Below, one piece after another: positions 49,205 to 49,887 of a stretch of DNA of 49,887 nt. The DNA lies in contig PWRA01000113.1 in NCBI GenBank assembly GCA_003556385.1, positions 1-49,887 of the forward strand, in the 5' to 3' direction. Position numbers and translations under genes: made by a program. The notes beneath the pieces were generated by a model. That model ran no database searches and was not told where the DNA came from. It worked only from the letters and a program-made list of their open reading frames with translations. Source of the DNA: Dehalococcoidia bacterium (lineage in GTDB: Bacteria > Chloroflexota > Dehalococcoidia > GIF9 > AB-539-J10). Every line of letters begins with the position of its first letter. The stretch's first letter is position 1.

Positions 49205-49887
49205 ATCACCACCAGCGCAATCAGGATCGAAAGCAGAACCACGCCGGCGGGTACGATCAACCGCTCCAGCCTCTGCTCTCCCAAGACGCCTTCCATGTAG
49301 AATCCGCCAGTCTTGAGTTCGGTCTTTTCGTCGCCCACGGCAATGAACTCATCCGAACCCATTTCCACGTTCTCCCCACACATGTACGCTGCACGGCCCG
49401 TCTCAGGCCTGAGCCTCACGGTGAGCAAGGGGAGCACAAGCGCCAGAGCCACTCCTATGAAGACCGGCCAACCCGCGAACACCCCGCCGGCGGTCCTCAA
49501 GAACCACCTCTCCGTGATAAAAGCCAGAGCCGGATCATAGCCAGCATCCACCAGAATCGGCCCGACGATAGCGTCGAATACGGGCGCAATCAACAGGCTG
49601 AACAGCACAGCCAGACCAACCAACACCAGAAGGATACCGTGATACTGCGCGACAAACGGTTCGCGGCTCGCCCGAGTTGGCGCGGGACGCTCGCACAGAA
49701 TCCGTCCGATCCACTTGGCCCAGAAGACCGTACTGGCGCCTATGCTCAGGATGAGAAGCACCAGCACGAGCGCCGACCATGTACCAATGGCCGGCGCCGC
49801 CTGAATCGCCGCCCACTTGCTGATAAGGATGCCAAAGGGAGCCACCAGCAGGGAAAGCATGGCCGTTACGGTAATCCCGGCCAGCAC
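49201..49887 (-). CDS. antiporter-like membrane subunit (EchA/HycC/NuoL-like), C-terminal part; the 5' end lies beyond the right edge
   Basis: Hydrophobic ORF open to the window edge; the track's M is only the first in-window GTG. Its stop overlaps the EchB-like start by 4 nt, and its position in the operon fits EchA. Confidence 0.65.
   Translation of the reverse strand: MLAGITVTAMLSLLVAPFGILISKWAAIQAAPAIGTWSALVLVLLILSIGASTVFWAKWIGRILCERPAPTRASREPFVAQYHGILLVLVGLAVLFSLLIAPVFDAIVGPILVDAGYDPALAFITERWFLRTAGGVFAGWPVFIGVALALVLPLLTVRLRPETGRAAYMCGENVEMGSDEFIAVGDEKTELKTGGFYMEGVLGEQRLERLIVPAGVVLLSILIALVVI

Noticed and set aside
1-49887. CRISPR arrays, rRNA genes, toxin-antitoxin pairs or recognisable defence systems
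   Set aside because: Scanning the intergenic regions by eye showed no regularly spaced direct repeats and no cas-like, restriction-modification-like, Abi-like or small paired ORFs. The only repeat family found is the four-copy promoter module.

Overview
GC-rich bacterial chromosomal window. It has Shine-Dalgarno sites, TTGACA/TATAAT-type promoters and CCA-encoding tRNAs, and its gene content fits an anaerobe, possibly Chloroflexota-like (taxon is a guess). All product names come from motifs read by eye; no database search was possible. I saw no transposase, integrase, CRISPR array or rRNA.

Left to right:
(1) 1-10490, minus strand: a long catabolic operon with enoyl-CoA hydratase, SCP2, Fe-ADH, DUF4242, tungsten-type aldehyde:ferredoxin oxidoreductase, acyl-CoA ligase, two FrhB-like flavo-FeS paralogs (one ending in an HTH), RidA and a partial iorA. 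The iorA is missing from the ORF track.
(2) 10.7-13.9 kb: ThiF/MoeB-like E1, a MoaD-like GG protein and a DRG/TGS GTPase, then a zinc-ribbon protein and an RRM protein.
(3) Hydrolases, an SDR and DegV.
(4) A sugar-type ABC transporter.
(5) A four-tRNA operon with an embedded small membrane-protein gene.
(6) A minus-strand run: GT4 glycosyltransferase, DUF5752-like protein, 71-aa protein, AmmeMemoRadiSam-type radical SAM enzyme, phosphoribosyltransferase, aldo/keto reductase and a desulforedoxin-like protein.
(7) A stress cluster: decayed hsp20-like ORF, DUF2267, catalase, cytochrome b5-like pseudogene, ArsC-like protein and EgtD.
(8) A 1130-1179 aa metallopterin-oxidoreductase::cysteine-desulfurase fusion lying tail-to-tail with egtD. 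I read this as a metallopterin-dependent, O2-independent ergothioneine synthase locus.
(9) MenA-like prenyltransferase and polyprenyl synthase.
(10) Response regulator, PPi-type PFK and class II aldolase.
(11) hypB, hypA, zinc ribbon, NifU-like protein and an Ech-type group 4 [NiFe]-hydrogenase. Its NuoC-like subunit is fused to a GltD/NfnB-like NAD(P)H oxidoreductase.

A non-coding signal also stands out: four copies of a ~69-nt AT-rich promoter module (17791, 28575, 28653, 42419), two of them back-to-back.
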